Source of the DNA: Neocallimastix sp. 'constans'
Taxonomy: Eukaryota
Direction: 5' to 3'
Length of the DNA stretch: 64,000 bases
Assembly (NCBI GenBank): GCA_050613775.1
Contig: JBODTK010000011.1
Coordinates: 558,001-622,000, forward strand
Below the pieces are notes generated by a model. That model saw only the letters and a program-made list of their open reading frames with translations. It did not search any database and had not been told where the DNA came from. Positions 28,113 through 39,603 of this stretch are shown in pieces. Positions within the stretch are counted from its first letter, which is position 1, and every line of letters starts with the position of its first letter. The position numbers were made by a program, and so were the translations under genes.

Positions 28113-28194
28113 CGTCACCTGCAGGACTCGAACCTGCGCTCCCAAAGTGAAATGGCTTAGCAGGCCACCACGTTAACCACTCCGCCAAAGTGAC
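28113..28194 (-). tRNA. tRNA-Ser(GCT), 82 nt, intronless
   Basis: GTCACTTTGGCGGAGTGGTTAACGTGGTGGCCTGCTAAGCCATTTCACTTTGGGAGCGCAGGTTCGAGTCCTGCAGGTGACG. Acceptor stem GTCACTT/AGGTGAC, anticodon loop CT-GCT-AA, long variable arm, T arm GCAGG-TTCGAGT-CCTGC, discriminator G, and an oligo-T terminator downstream. Confidence 0.95.
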
Positions 28195-28708
28195 CACTTA
28201 CATCATATTTAATAAGAATGTACTAAATAATGCATTCTTAATTAAATCTACGATTTATTTCTAATACATTATGTGTACATTATTATTTTTGTACTTTAAT
28301 AAATTTTTAAATCCAAAGATCAAAAATTAAATCAAATATTATATTAAACTTTATATTTTTATATTAAATCTTATATTAAAAGTAATATTTTTATATATTT
28401 AAAACTTATATTAGCAATATTAATAATAAATCTTATTTTTTTTTTTATATTAATAATGAAAATTTATATTAATAATATTTTTATATATTGATAATTAAAA
28501 ATTTATATATTATATTTTAACTTTTTATTATAAAATTTTATATCGAAATGTTTTATTTTATATTGAAAAATATTTTATTTTATTAAAAACCTTTATATTA
28601 GAATAGTATTTTTATTTTTATTTGAATATTTTAACAGATTGTAATAAAAATTATAGCCAATTAAATAAATTCTTATTAGTAATATTTTAGATATTTTTAA
28701 ATAAATAA

Positions 28709-28765
<57 letters not shown>

Positions 28766-29072
28766 TTTTATTAATATTATAAATGTATTTTATTTATATT
28801 GTTATAATTAAATTTTATATAATTAATTATAAAAATCAATTTAAATTTAATAGTTTTTATAAAAAAAAAAAAAAAAATAAATAAAATGTAATTTAGTGGC
28901 AAGAACAACTTTTATGCCTTGAAAAAAGTATAAATAGTTGTAAATTTTGCTACTAATTTTTAAATATCATCAAATAAATTTAATAAAATAAATAAATAAA
29001 ATAAATAAATAAATAAAATTTGTGTTTCCTTACTTTATTTTTATTTAATTCTCTAAAACCTTAACATTTATA

Positions 29073-29089
29073 TGGTGGAGATATCGGGG
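29073..29089 (+). promoter_or_regulatory. Primer-binding site, tRNA-Ala type
   Basis: TGGTGGAGATATCGGGG is complementary to a ...CTCCACCA tRNA 3' end typical of tRNA-Ala. Confidence 0.8.
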
Positions 29090-30094
29090 AATTAAATAGA
29101 AATAATAGTAAATAACATAGATTTTTTTTAATTTTTTTTATTTTATATTGATAAACAAGTAAGTCGTTAATCCTTTGATTAACCTATGGCGCTTGTTTGA
29201 TATATATATATAAAAAAAAAAAAATTTTTTTTAAATAAGTAAAATTAAGATTCTAAAAAAACAAATTTTGTAAAATTATAACAAGGAGCGGATAGAGCTC
29301 ATACACAGTGTATTCTCAGATAGCAACAAATTAACTCTATTCATAGTAGGTTATTGAATAGTAGTTAATTTGGAGATTAATTGGAAAGTAGACGAAGGTA
29401 TTTGGTTACCGACCCGGTAATAATAGTTCAGCCTTCAACGTTTCAACACACGAAGGTGCGGGTACTTTCCAAGCACTGGCGAATAAGGAGCTTACGTCAC
29501 CGAAGGCGTAAGATTGTTTTTTTTATATATATTTTTTTTTACTTTTCTTTGTGCTAGTTATAAGGCACTTTATTATATAAAGTATCAGACTTTGGCTAAC
29601 TTCGCCATTTAAATTTTTTTTATTTTTTTTTATTACTGATACTTTATTTGTTTAATAATTCCTGTAAAAGAATCTTAATTTACTTTGAAAATATTGTGTT
29701 TTTAGTTAATTTTTATTAGTTAATAAAAATATTATTGAATACTTTTAAAATTTTTTTTATTCCGTACATAGATTATCGGATTAAGTTTATCCTACATAGT
29801 AATTGGGCTAGTGGGCTCTGAACTGCTATATTTTATATTGAATATAGTAATCGTGGCACACGCGTGGCATGACACCATTAGGTAAGCTGCACGTCAGACA
29901 GTGTGTACTATCAGATTGTACGACAATAAAGATTATTTTTTTTTGTATTTAATAATTATAATTAATTAATAATTTTATTAGCTATAACAATACAATATTT
30001 ATCGTTTAAAAAGAAAAATTTTTGAAAGGTGAAAATAACAAATAAAACTTTGCTTCTAAATTTATTACTACAAATATACTAAATTACAAAATTC

Positions 30095-30442
30095 AAGTGG
30101 TCGATAAAGATTTCGAACTTAAAATTATTCCATTAAGTTGTCGATAAAGATTTCGAACTTAAAATTATTCCATTAAGTTGTCGATAAAGATTTCGAACTT
30201 AAAATTATTCTATTAAGTTGTCGATAAAGATTTCGAACTTAAAATTATTCTATTAAGTTGTCGATAAAGATTTCGAACTTAAAATTATTCTATTAAGTTG
30301 TCGATAAAGACTTCGAACTTAAAATTATTCTATTAAGTTGTCGATAAAGATTTCGAACTTAAAATTATTCTTAATAAAGTAGTCGAAAAGAACCTCGTGC
30401 TTTATAATTTCTACTAAGTTGTCGATAAGGATTTCGAGCTTA
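30095..30442 (+). repeat. 40-bp tandem repeat (7 good copies, 2 degenerate) in the element 1 leader
   Basis: Unit AAGTTGTCGATAAAGATTTCGAACTTAAAATTATTCYATT with period 40. Confidence 0.95.
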
Positions 30443-30599
30443 TATCTACTAAAGAAAGCAAATAAAATTATTATTTTCAAAAGTTACTAAAATATATTGT
30501 TTTAAAAATTGATTCGATATTAAATTACCTATTAAATTACATTTTGAAAGTTGGATTTCCCAAATTTATTTGTATTTAATCACCTCATATTTAGACAAA

Positions 30600-31511
30600 A
30601 TGTCCAAAGAAACAACTTTGAGCTTTAAAGAATTGAAAAAAGAATTGAGAGATATTGTGAAACTTAGCAAGGACAATTTAGATATTAAGTCCTGGGCTAC
30701 TGAATTGAAACTTTGGATCAAGATACAAGGTATCACAGATCCAGAAACAATATTTAATGCTTGTTTACTTACCAGCTCTGGTGAAGTACAACGCGTTATT
30801 GAAGATTTGGGAGAAGATAGTGATGATGAAAGTGATGATTCATCAGATGAAGAAGAAGAACATGATGAAGAAGAAAATGTTGATGATGATATTAAATTTC
30901 CTTCTCTTGGAAAAATTATTTCAAGTCTTGAAAATTTTTACGGTATTAAAGAAGACCAAAATTTACTTCTTAAAGAACTTCGTGCAATGCGAATTAAAAG
31001 AAACGAAAAGATTAAGGACTTTAATGTAAGATATAGAACTTTGTACACTAAACTTGATAAAAAGAGAAGAAAGCGCATCGGTGTACTAGATTATATTGAT
31101 TCTATTCAAAATAATTATGAAGCCTGGAAGAAATTATCCCTTAAAGATGATATAAGTATGGAGAAAGCTTTCAAAATTGCCGAGAAAGTAGATAGACTTT
31201 CTGTAAGGAACAATAATATTAATACCTATAATGTTAATAATTCCCAGCATAATCAAAATAATCAAAACAGTACTACTTCAAGACTTTATCCTAAAAGAAG
31301 AAACGAAACTTTCCAAACAAGTCAAACAAATAATAAACTGAAACCTCAAGATATTATAGAAGAATCAACCCAGAAAATGAGAAATTTATCTGTTAAAACT
31401 TGCTTCTTCTGTAAGGAAGAAGGTCATTACTCATACTATTGCCCTCAATTAAATAAGATTATGGAAAAAAATAAAAAAGAAATATATTCCAAAAAGTCTT
31501 TAAACTTCTAA
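30600..31511 (+). CDS. gag: Gag of element 1
   Basis: First ATG at 30600 (MSKETT). CCHC knuckle CFFCKEEGHYSYYC. Confidence 0.9.
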   Translation: MSKETTLSFKELKKELRDIVKLSKDNLDIKSWATELKLWIKIQGITDPETIFNACLLTSSGEVQRVIEDLGEDSDDESDDSSDEEEEHDEEENVDDDIKFPSLGKIISSLENFYGIKEDQNLLLKELRAMRIKRNEKIKDFNVRYRTLYTKLDKKRRKRIGVLDYIDSIQNNYEAWKKLSLKDDISMEKAFKIAEKVDRLSVRNNNINTYNVNNSQHNQNNQNSTTSRLYPKRRNETFQTSQTNNKLKPQDIIEESTQKMRNLSVKTCFFCKEEGHYSYYCPQLNKIMEKNKKEIYSKKSLNF

Positions 31512-34500
31512 ATGGGAGCAGAAGCACTCCCAATGACAAAACAATAGCTTCATTAAATAATTTACAAAATAATACTTTTACTAAGAATACTCCAATTGAT
31601 AATAATTCCTTTAATGAAGAATCTGAAGAATCTGATTTTAGTGACACAACTGAAAGTGAGGATGATATCATTATAAATGCTATAAAAAGAAAAATGAATG
31701 ATAATAACAGCGAAAAAGAAGAAAATAATTCCAAGAAAGTACATAAAAGTTTAAAAGATAATCCACGTCCTTTCGCAACTCCTGCTTTAAGAAAGAAGAA
31801 AGAAAATGAGCTACATAATAAACCAAATAAAGTTTATAAAAATCAAATACTTCCTTCAATTTTAACTCAACCAAATATTAACAAAGAAAAACAAAAAGAA
31901 AAGGAATTAAGAAAAATAACAAGAGTAAGAGAAAGTAAAGAAGAAAACAACAATTATTCATCAAAAGGAAAGGAAAAAGTTGAATCTGAAGATATACTCG
32001 TAATCGATAATGAAATAGAAGATCTAGAAATGAATAAAGATAATCAACAAAATAAAACTAATACTTTGGAAAAATTAATTTCAACAAAAACTAAAGAAAC
32101 TAATAATGGAAATACTCAGTTAGTAAAAAGGAATATTAAAATGATGAATAATAAAGAACCTTACAATATTATGGATGATTTAAATAATCTTAAATCCAGT
32201 ATTACGATAGGTCAACTCTTGAATGCATGTCCGAAAATTCGTTCACAATTAACTCAAGGTTTAAAGTTAGAAAAGTCTAAAATAATTGGGACTGTAGACA
32301 ATGTAATAGCACGAACTTTATTAGTAAATAACTATGATCATAGCTACATAAGTAAAAGTAATGAAGTAGCCGAAGAAGACTTAGCAATGGTTGATGCAAG
32401 TGTTGACGGAGTACTAGGAAAACTTTTAATTGATTCTTGTAGTAACCTAAGCATCGTTACTAAGCAGTATTTTGATAAATTACCTGGTGAATATGAAACA
32501 GTTGGAAAAAGTCGTGGAAGAATCCAACTAGCAACACAAGATGAAGAATACTCGGAAGGAATTATTGTTCGATTACCAGTAAAAATTAATAATTATGAAT
32601 TTAATGCGGACTTTAGAATTATTGAGAAAGAAGACTCTTTTTATGATATGTTAATAAACTTTAAAACTCAAATCGATCATTGTTTATTTATTCATCCGAC
32701 CTTAAACAGTTTATGTAAACTTTTGTCAGAAAGTGAATACGAAGAAATAGCTAAAATAAATAATCAATATTATGATGAAGAAAGTATAATTTGCACTATT
32801 AGAAAAGTTAAAGAAACGAATAATGAAAAGGAAATTATAAAGGAATTAACTCCAATGGAATTTATTGAGAGTGATGAATTTTTAAGTACCTTAAATAAAG
32901 ATTATAAAGAACAAATTATTAAAATTCTCAAAGAAATGATTGACATAGTTGCCACTTCAACAGAAGAACTAACTCCTTCTAAACTTTCACCACATAAGAT
33001 CCGTTTAAAAGCAAATGCAAAGCCAGTAAAATTAAGAAGTTATAGGTTAACTAAATTAAAATCAGATATCTTAAAAGAAGAACTTACAAAACTTATTAAG
33101 AAAGGATTGATAGAACCATCCTGTTCAGAATGGTCATCTCCAGTAGTACTTATTCTAAAACACAATGGAAAGTGGCGCTTGTGCATTGACTACCGAAAAG
33201 TCAATGATATGACAGAAAAAGATTCTTATTCAGTTCCATATATAGATGAAATTTTTGATAGTCTCGGAGGAGCTAAAATATTTACAACTCTTGATTTATT
33301 TTCTGGTTTTCACCAAATCTTAATGGATGAAGAAAGCGTTGAAGTAACCACTTTCACTACTAAGTTTGGAAATTATCAATTTAAGGTTATGCCTTTTGGA
33401 CTTACTGGAGCTCCCTCAACCTTCCAAAGAGAAATGAATAAAATTTTATTCCCTTTTATTGGTGAATTTGTTTACGTATTTATTGATGATGTTTTGATCT
33501 ATTCAAAAAGTATCGAAGAACATTTAATTCATATTAAACAAGTATTAGAAGTATTTAAAGAAAACAAATTAAAAATTAATATTGAAAAGTGCCATTTTCT
33601 TCAAACTGAAGTTGATGTATTAGGTCACAAACTTACTACTAAAGGATTAAGTCCCATGGAAAGTAAAATAACAGCTATTAAGAAGTGGGAAGCCCCTTCA
33701 TCAATTCATGAATTAAGATCATTTCTAGGAGCAATAGGGTATTATCGTGACTTTATCCCTAAATATGCTCAAATTACCTCACCTTTATGTAAATTATTGA
33801 AAAAGAATACTAAATATGAATGGAATAAAGAACAACAAGAAAGCTTTGAACTCCTAAAAGAAAAATTAATCAATGCGCCTATTCTAAAATTTCCGTCATT
33901 TGACAAACCTTTTATCATTAGAACTGATGCTTCGTATAATGGAATTGGTGGAGTTCTTTTACAAAAAGAAGAAGAAACCGGTAAGGAGCATCCAATACAC
34001 TTTATAAGTAGAAGTTTAAAGAAAGCTGAAAAGAATTATGGTATTACCGATTTGGAAGGAACCGCTTTGTTTTACTGTATGACTAAATTTAAATCTTATA
34101 TTGAAGGAAATCCACTACCTACAACTATTTACACAGATCATAAACCATTAGTTGGTTTATTTAAGAATAAAGAACCTTTGAATGCAAGGCAAACAAGATG
34201 GTGTCTAACCGCTAGTATGCTTGGAATTAATATAAAATATGAATCAGGCAAAAAGAATGTGTTAGCTGATGCTCTTTCAAGAATGAAAAGTAAGGAAGAG
34301 AGAAAGATATTATTAACAAAAATTACTAATGGAAATAATGAAGAATTATTATCTAAAGTTATAAAGGAATTTATTAATGAAAAGTTTACTGTTATTGATG
34401 GTGAAGATTACTTTATCGACAATGGAAATTATAGAAAATTAATAACGGACGAAAATGAAAGGTTTAAATTAATTTTAGAAGCTCATAATATTGGCCACGA

Positions 34501-35509
34501 AGGATATTACAAAACATATCAAAGACTTAAGAAAAACTTTTATTGGAATCATATGATTAAAGATATCAAAAGAATTGTTAGTAATTGTGAAAAATGCCAG
34601 TTAAATCGTCCTCAACCATATCCAGAACCAACCGAAAACCATCCAACTAAAGTGGAGGGTCCCTTTGTGCATTTAGGATTAGATATTATAGGACCGTTAC
34701 CAAAAACAAGAAATAATAATCAATATATTATAGTAACTGTTGATTACTTTACCAAATGGGTTGAAGCCGAACCCACTGAAAACATAACTTCCTCTGATAT
34801 AATTAAATTTTTAATAAACGTTTTTGCAAGACATGGTGTCCCTCAAGTTATTACTACTGATAATGGAGTCCAATTCACTTCTGATATGACTAAAATCTTT
34901 CTTGATCTTTATGATGTATATGTTAAATTTGTAGCTACTTACCACCCTGAATCAAATGGCCTTACTGAAAATCGAAATAAAGAAATTGGAAAATTACTTC
35001 GTTTATTAGGAAGGAAAAATCAAGATTGGGATGAAGTTTTACCTTCTGCTTTATGGGCACTTCGAACTACCAAAAATACAGCTACTGGACATTCTAGTTT
35101 TGAATTAGTATATGGAAGAGAAGACCAACAGCCTTATGATATAGCCATAAGAACAATTGAAAATGCAGGTAAATCATATGATGAAATTTTAATGGAAAAA
35201 TTTGTTCGTCATTATCAATGGACTAGAGAAGCATGCGAAAATGTGAAGAATGCTAACAAGTATTGGGCAACAAGACGAGAAGAACAAATAAGTATGAAAA
35301 AGGGAAAAGAATTAAAGGCTGGTGATCTTGTTCTTGTTAGAAACTTTAGCCGCACTAAGCTAGAACCATATTACAATGGACCATTTAAAATTTTAAAAAT
35401 TCAATTCAACACGGCAACCCTAATCGATCAGAAGACTGGAAAGCAACTCGATAGGAATGTTCACTTTAAAAATTTAGTAAAGTTTAACTCCGCTTACAGA
35501 GAAGCTTGA
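31499..35509 (+). CDS. pol: Pol of element 1 (PR-RT-RNase H-IN), predicted to be entered by -1 frameshift
   Basis: LLIDSCS protease, LCIDYR/FIDD RT, RTDAS RNase H, HxxxH..CxxC plus D-D-E integrase, GPF motif. The frame is open from the slippery site at 31499. Confidence 0.95.
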   Translation, partial: FKLLNGSRSTPNDKTIASLNNLQNNTFTKNTPIDNNSFNEESEESDFSDTTESEDDIIINAIKRKMNDNNSEKEENNSKKVHKSLKDNPRPFATPALRKKKENELHNKPNKVYKNQILPSILTQPNINKEKQKEKELRKITRVRESKEENNNYSSKGKEKVESEDILVIDNEIEDLEMNKDNQQNKTNTLEKLISTKTKETNNGNTQLVKRNIKMMNNKEPYNIMDDLNNLKSSITIGQLLNACPKIRSQLTQGLKLEKSKIIGTVDNVIARTLLVNNYDHSYISKSNEVAEEDLAMVDASVDGVLGKLLIDSCSNLSIVTKQYFDKLPGEYETVGKSRGRIQLATQDEEYSEGIIVRLPVKINNYEFNADFRIIEKEDSFYDMLINFKTQIDHCLFIHPTLNSLCKLLSESEYEEIAKINNQYYDEESIICTIRKVKETNNEKEIIKELTPMEFIESDEFLSTLNKDYKEQIIKILKEMIDIVATSTEELTPSKLSPHKIRLKANAKPVKLRSYRLTKLKSDILKEELTKLIKKGLIEPSCSEWSSPVVLILKHNGKWRLCIDYRKVNDMTEKDSYSVPYIDEIFDSLGGAKIFTTLDLFSGFHQILMDEESVEVTTFTTKFGNYQFKVMPFGLTGAPSTFQREMNKILFPFIGEFVYVFIDDVLIYSKSIEEHLIHIKQVLEVFKENKLKINIEKCHFLQTEVDVLGHKLTTKGLSPMESKITAIKKWEAPSSIHELRSFLGAIGYYRDFIPKYAQITSPLCKLLKKNTKYEWNKEQQESFELLKEKLINAPILKFPSFDKPFIIRTDASYNGIGGVLLQKEEETGKEHPIHFISRSLKKAEKNYGITDLEGTALFYCMTKFKSYIEGNPLPTTIYTDHKPLVGLFKNKEPLNARQTRWCLTASMLGINIKYESGKKNVLADALSRMKSKEERKILLTKITNGNNEELLSKVIKEFINEKFTVIDGEDYFIDNGNYRKLITDENERFKLILEAHNIGHEGYYKTYQRLKKNFYWNHMIKDIKRIVSNCEKCQLNRPQPYPEPTENHPTKVEGPFVHLGLDIIGPLPKTRNNNQYIIVTVDYFTKWVEAEPTENITSSDIIKFLINVFARHGVPQVITTDNGVQFTSDMTKIFLDLYDVYVKFVATYHPESNGLTENRNKEIGKLLRLLGRKNQDWDEVLPSALWALRTTKNTATGHSSFELVYGREDQQPYDIAIRTIENAGKSYDEILMEKFVRHYQWTREACENVKNANKYWATRREEQISMKKGKELKAGDLVLVRNFSRTKLEPYYNGPFKILKIQFNTATLIDQKTGKQLDRNVHFKNLVKFNSAYREA

Positions 35510-36026
35510 GTCTTCGTCGGGGCATCTTGATAAGAATGTACTAAATAATGCATTCTTAATTAAATCTACGATTTATTTCTAATACATTATGTGTACATTA
35601 TTATTTTTGTACTTTAATAAATTTTTAAATCCAAAGATCAAAAATTAAATCAAATATTATATTAAACTTTATATTTTTATATTAAATCTTATATTAAAAG
35701 TAATATTTTTATATATTTAAAACTTATATTAGCAATATTAATAATAAATCTTATTTTTTTTTTTATATTAATAATGAAAATTTATATTAATAATATTTTT
35801 ATATATTGATAATTAAAAATTTATATATTATATTTTAACTTTTTATTATAAAATTTTATATCGAAATGTTTTATTTTATATTGAAAAATATTTTATTTTA
35901 TTAAAAACCTTTATATTAGAATAGTATTTTTATTTTTATTTGAATATTTTAACAGATTGTAATAAAAATTATAGCCAATTAAATAAATTCTTATTAGTAA
36001 TATTTTAGATATTTTTAAATAAATAA

Positions 36027-36085
<59 letters not shown>

Positions 36086-36390
36086 TTTTATTAATATTAT
36101 AAATGTATTTTATTTATATTGTTATAATTAAATTTTATATAATTAATTATAAAAATCAATTTAAATTTAATAGTTTTTATAAAAAAAAAAAAAAAAAATA
36201 AATAAAATGTAATTTAGTGGCAAGAACAACTTTTATGCCTTGAAAAAAGTATAAATAGTTGTAAATTTTGCTACTAATTTTTAAATATCATCAAATAAAT
36301 TTAATAAAATAAATAAATAAAATAAATAAATAAATAAAATTTGTGTTTCCTTACTTTATTTTTATTTAATTCTCTAAAACCTTAACATAT

Positions 36391-37138
36391 TGATAAATAA
36401 CAAAATTAATAAATCTTGAAAATTTATTATACATAAAATCAAAACTAACCTTAGCCAAGTTTAATAATAATTTAATAAAATAAAAAAAAAATTAATTAAT
36501 TAATTAATTAAAACAAATAAATTACACTTAAAAATTACATTAATACTCAGATATGAAAGAAATATTATATATTTTTCAAAATAAAAATATTAAGATTAAA
36601 TTTAAAATAAAATAATTAGTTTTAATAATTAGTTTTATAATAATTTTTATAATTAATTTTATAATTAAATAATAATTTTATAATAACAAAATTTATTAAT
36701 TTAAATAACAAAATATTTTTAATTATTTTTATAATAAACAAATTTATTTATTTTATTATTAAATATTTATTTTATTATTAATTTTATTACTTTTATTTTA
36801 TTTAATTATTCTTTTTATTTATAAATTATAAATAGTTTAATTTTAAAGAAAAATATAAATACTTGTAAATATTTCATGTAAATATTATTATTATTATTAT
36901 TAATTAATTTTATAATTTTAATAATCACTTTAAATTTTGTAATGTTTAATAAATTTTAATAAAAGATTTATAAAATAAAATATTAGAAAACAAGTGTTCT
37001 AATAAACCAAATTTTTAGTGTTATTTTTAATAAAACATTTTTAATTCATAAATAACTTATACAGTTATTATTAAAATAAATAGAAATTATCACTTTTTAA
37101 TTCTATATTAAAATTAAGATAATTTCTAAAATTTATCA
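36391..37138. mobile_element. Solo LTR A
   Basis: Perfect TIR TGATAAAT/ATTTATCA, followed by ATAT at 37139-37142, which matches 28205-28208. Confidence 0.85.
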
Positions 37139-37144
37139 ATATTG

Positions 37145-38018
37145 TGTAAGAATCTATAATTATTTGTTAGCAAATAATTATATTTTCTTAGTTAAGTTAT
37201 TATAACTATAACTTTATTTAATTACATATAATATTTATTAAATTTATTTATTTTAATTTTAAATATTCATTAATTTAACAAAATTTATTTAATTAATTTT
37301 AAATAATATATTTAAAATATGCTAAATTCTCTATTGTAACTAATGTATTTTGTATTGTATTCTGTATTTTATAATGTATTCTGTATTTTATAATGTATTC
37401 TGTATTTTATTAACTATTTAATTTTATATTTTTAATATAAGGATAAATTATATGATCGAAATATCTTTTATTATTTTATTCTTTTATTTTCGATCATTAG
37501 ATTGGAAAATCGGTTAATTAAGATTTTTTCCAATTACTTTTTAGAAGTAATCGGTTTTACTTAATTAATGCGATGATCGATATGGATAGAATATCGATCG
37601 AAAACTTATCTAGGTTTTTCTATCTAATCTTTTCCTAGATAAGAGATTTGTTAAGATTAGAAAACCCTTTCTTATTTAACCTTATTTTCATAAAAAAATA
37701 TAAATAAGGCTCTTGAGTTCTCTTTGAGAAATCAAGAGTTATTATTATAAAAAAAACATATTTATAATAGTAACATTTTTATATTTTTAACTTTAATAAA
37801 TTAATAAAAATATTTTATTCAAAAACATATTTTTAAGATCAATTTATACAAACAATTCTTCTCTTACATTTTGTGTTATTATTATAATTAATTTTATAAT
37901 AAACTCTACATTAAAGGTAAAAAAATTTATTTTATTTTATTTTCTCAACTTAATGAATTAGTCGTTAAGTTGTAGTTAATAATTCTATTTTGAGTTAGTT
38001 CTTAATAGAATTATTACA
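37145..38018. mobile_element. Solo LTR B (5-bp TSD family)
   Basis: TGTAA...TTACA termini with TSD TATTG at 37140-37144 and 38019-38023. An inverted relative starts at 55570. Confidence 0.85.
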
Positions 38019-38021
38019 TAT

Positions 38022-38580
38022 TGGTATGTTACTCACTAAAATAGAATAAATTATTAAAAATATAAGAAAATAAATAATTCTTTAGTTATTTTATTATAAT
38101 AGGTATAAGGTTTAATTAGTATATAAAATTATAATATTAATAAAAATAATTTTAATTAATAGATAACCAATAAGAATTAAGATAAATTATAGTATAAAAA
38201 TAAGTGAAAGATAAAATACTAACAAAGGAGGAACTTAATAATTTAATATCTTTAAAGAATATAATAGTTAGAATAGGAATTATAAAATATTTATTCGGGT
38301 GAATAAATATTTAGGATATTTTGGTTAATATTATTATTAAAATATAAATTTAAAGATATAATAAAGTTATAATAAATTTAAATGTACTTATTTAAAGAAC
38401 AAAACTTATAAATAAAATAAAGACTTAAAAGTAACACATTATTATTTATTAAAATTTATTATTAATTTTGTGTTATAATTTTTTTATTTATTTCTTTTAT
38501 TAGAATATATTATTTTATAGTTTTACAACTTGCTTTCCCCAAATCATATAAAAGGTACAATATATAAAAATAACGTACCA
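38022..38580. mobile_element. Solo LTR C
   Basis: TGGTA...TACCA termini followed by ATAT at 38581-38584. The right end resembles LTRs E and H (TATTAGAATATATTATTTT). Confidence 0.8.
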
Positions 38581-38584
38581 ATAT

Positions 38585-39599
38585 TGGTAAAGAATGAATT
38601 AATAACCTTTATTTTATTATTAATAATTCTTTACTAAATTGTACTTTCCTATATTCTTGATAACCTAAACTTAATAATAAAATTTAATTTATTTTGATAT
38701 AAATTAATTTTAACTTGTAAATAATGTAAATAAATTTTAATTAATTATTTTATTGTTATATTATTAAATATATGTATATTAAAATACAATTGTAAATATT
38801 AAAATTATACTTTTAAGATACTAAACTATTAAAACTATTAATTAAATATTATTATAAAAATTATTATAAAATTATTAAAATTATTAATTAAATATTATTC
38901 TAAAAATTATTATAAATTATTAATATTATAAAATTATTAAAATTATTAAATATTATTATAAAAATTTATATATTATAACTATTAAATATTATTATAAAAT
39001 TATTAAGATTATTAATTAAATTTATTATTAAAAATTATTATTAAAAATTTTTACTTATTATAAAAATTATTATTTAAATATTATCAAATTTATTAATTAA
39101 ATATTATAAAAATTTTATTTTATTTTGAAAATAATTACAAGTATTATTTAAAATAATTAAAGATTATTAAATTTATTATATTAATCTTTAAAAACAATTT
39201 ATTTAACTTAAAAATATCAAAGAAAATAGTAAAAACTATTTTCTATATATTTATTTTATAATTATTTTTAATTAAATTATATTTGAATATTATATTATTA
39301 TATTTATAAAAATTAAAACAAAAATGAATTATTGATATAAAATTAATTCAATAATTCTATAAAATTACTTAAATTATAAACAATTAATTATATTTTAAAT
39401 TTATAAAAAAATATAAATATTGTAACAATTTCTTAAAAATTAAATATGTGTACTTTAAATAATAAAATTTTATATTAATAAAAAAAAAATAAATAACTTT
39501 TAATAAAGAATTATTTTTTTTATTTAAAATCAAAGCAGGGTAATACCCGTCCCCCCCTGCTTGATTTTAAATATCTAAGTGTCAACCCCGAGTCTACCA
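38585..39599. mobile_element. Solo LTR D
   Basis: TGGTA...TACCA termini with ATAT on both sides (38581-38584 and 39600-39603). The first ~235 bp are nearly identical to 51629-51865. Confidence 0.85.
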
Positions 39600-39603
39600 A
39601 TAT

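Larger units (their letters stand above)
28210..36387 (+). mobile_element. Intact Ty3/gypsy LTR retrotransposon (element 1)
   Basis: Near-identical LTRs at 28210-29066 and 35528-36387 (the 5' LTR starts TA rather than TG). 4-bp TSD TATT at 28206-28209 and 36388-36391. PBS at 29073; open gag and pol. Confidence 0.96.

Noticed and set aside
30095..30442. CRISPR-like palindromic repeat array
   Set aside because: Units are contiguous 40-mers with no unique spacers, inside a retrotransposon leader, and there are no cas genes.
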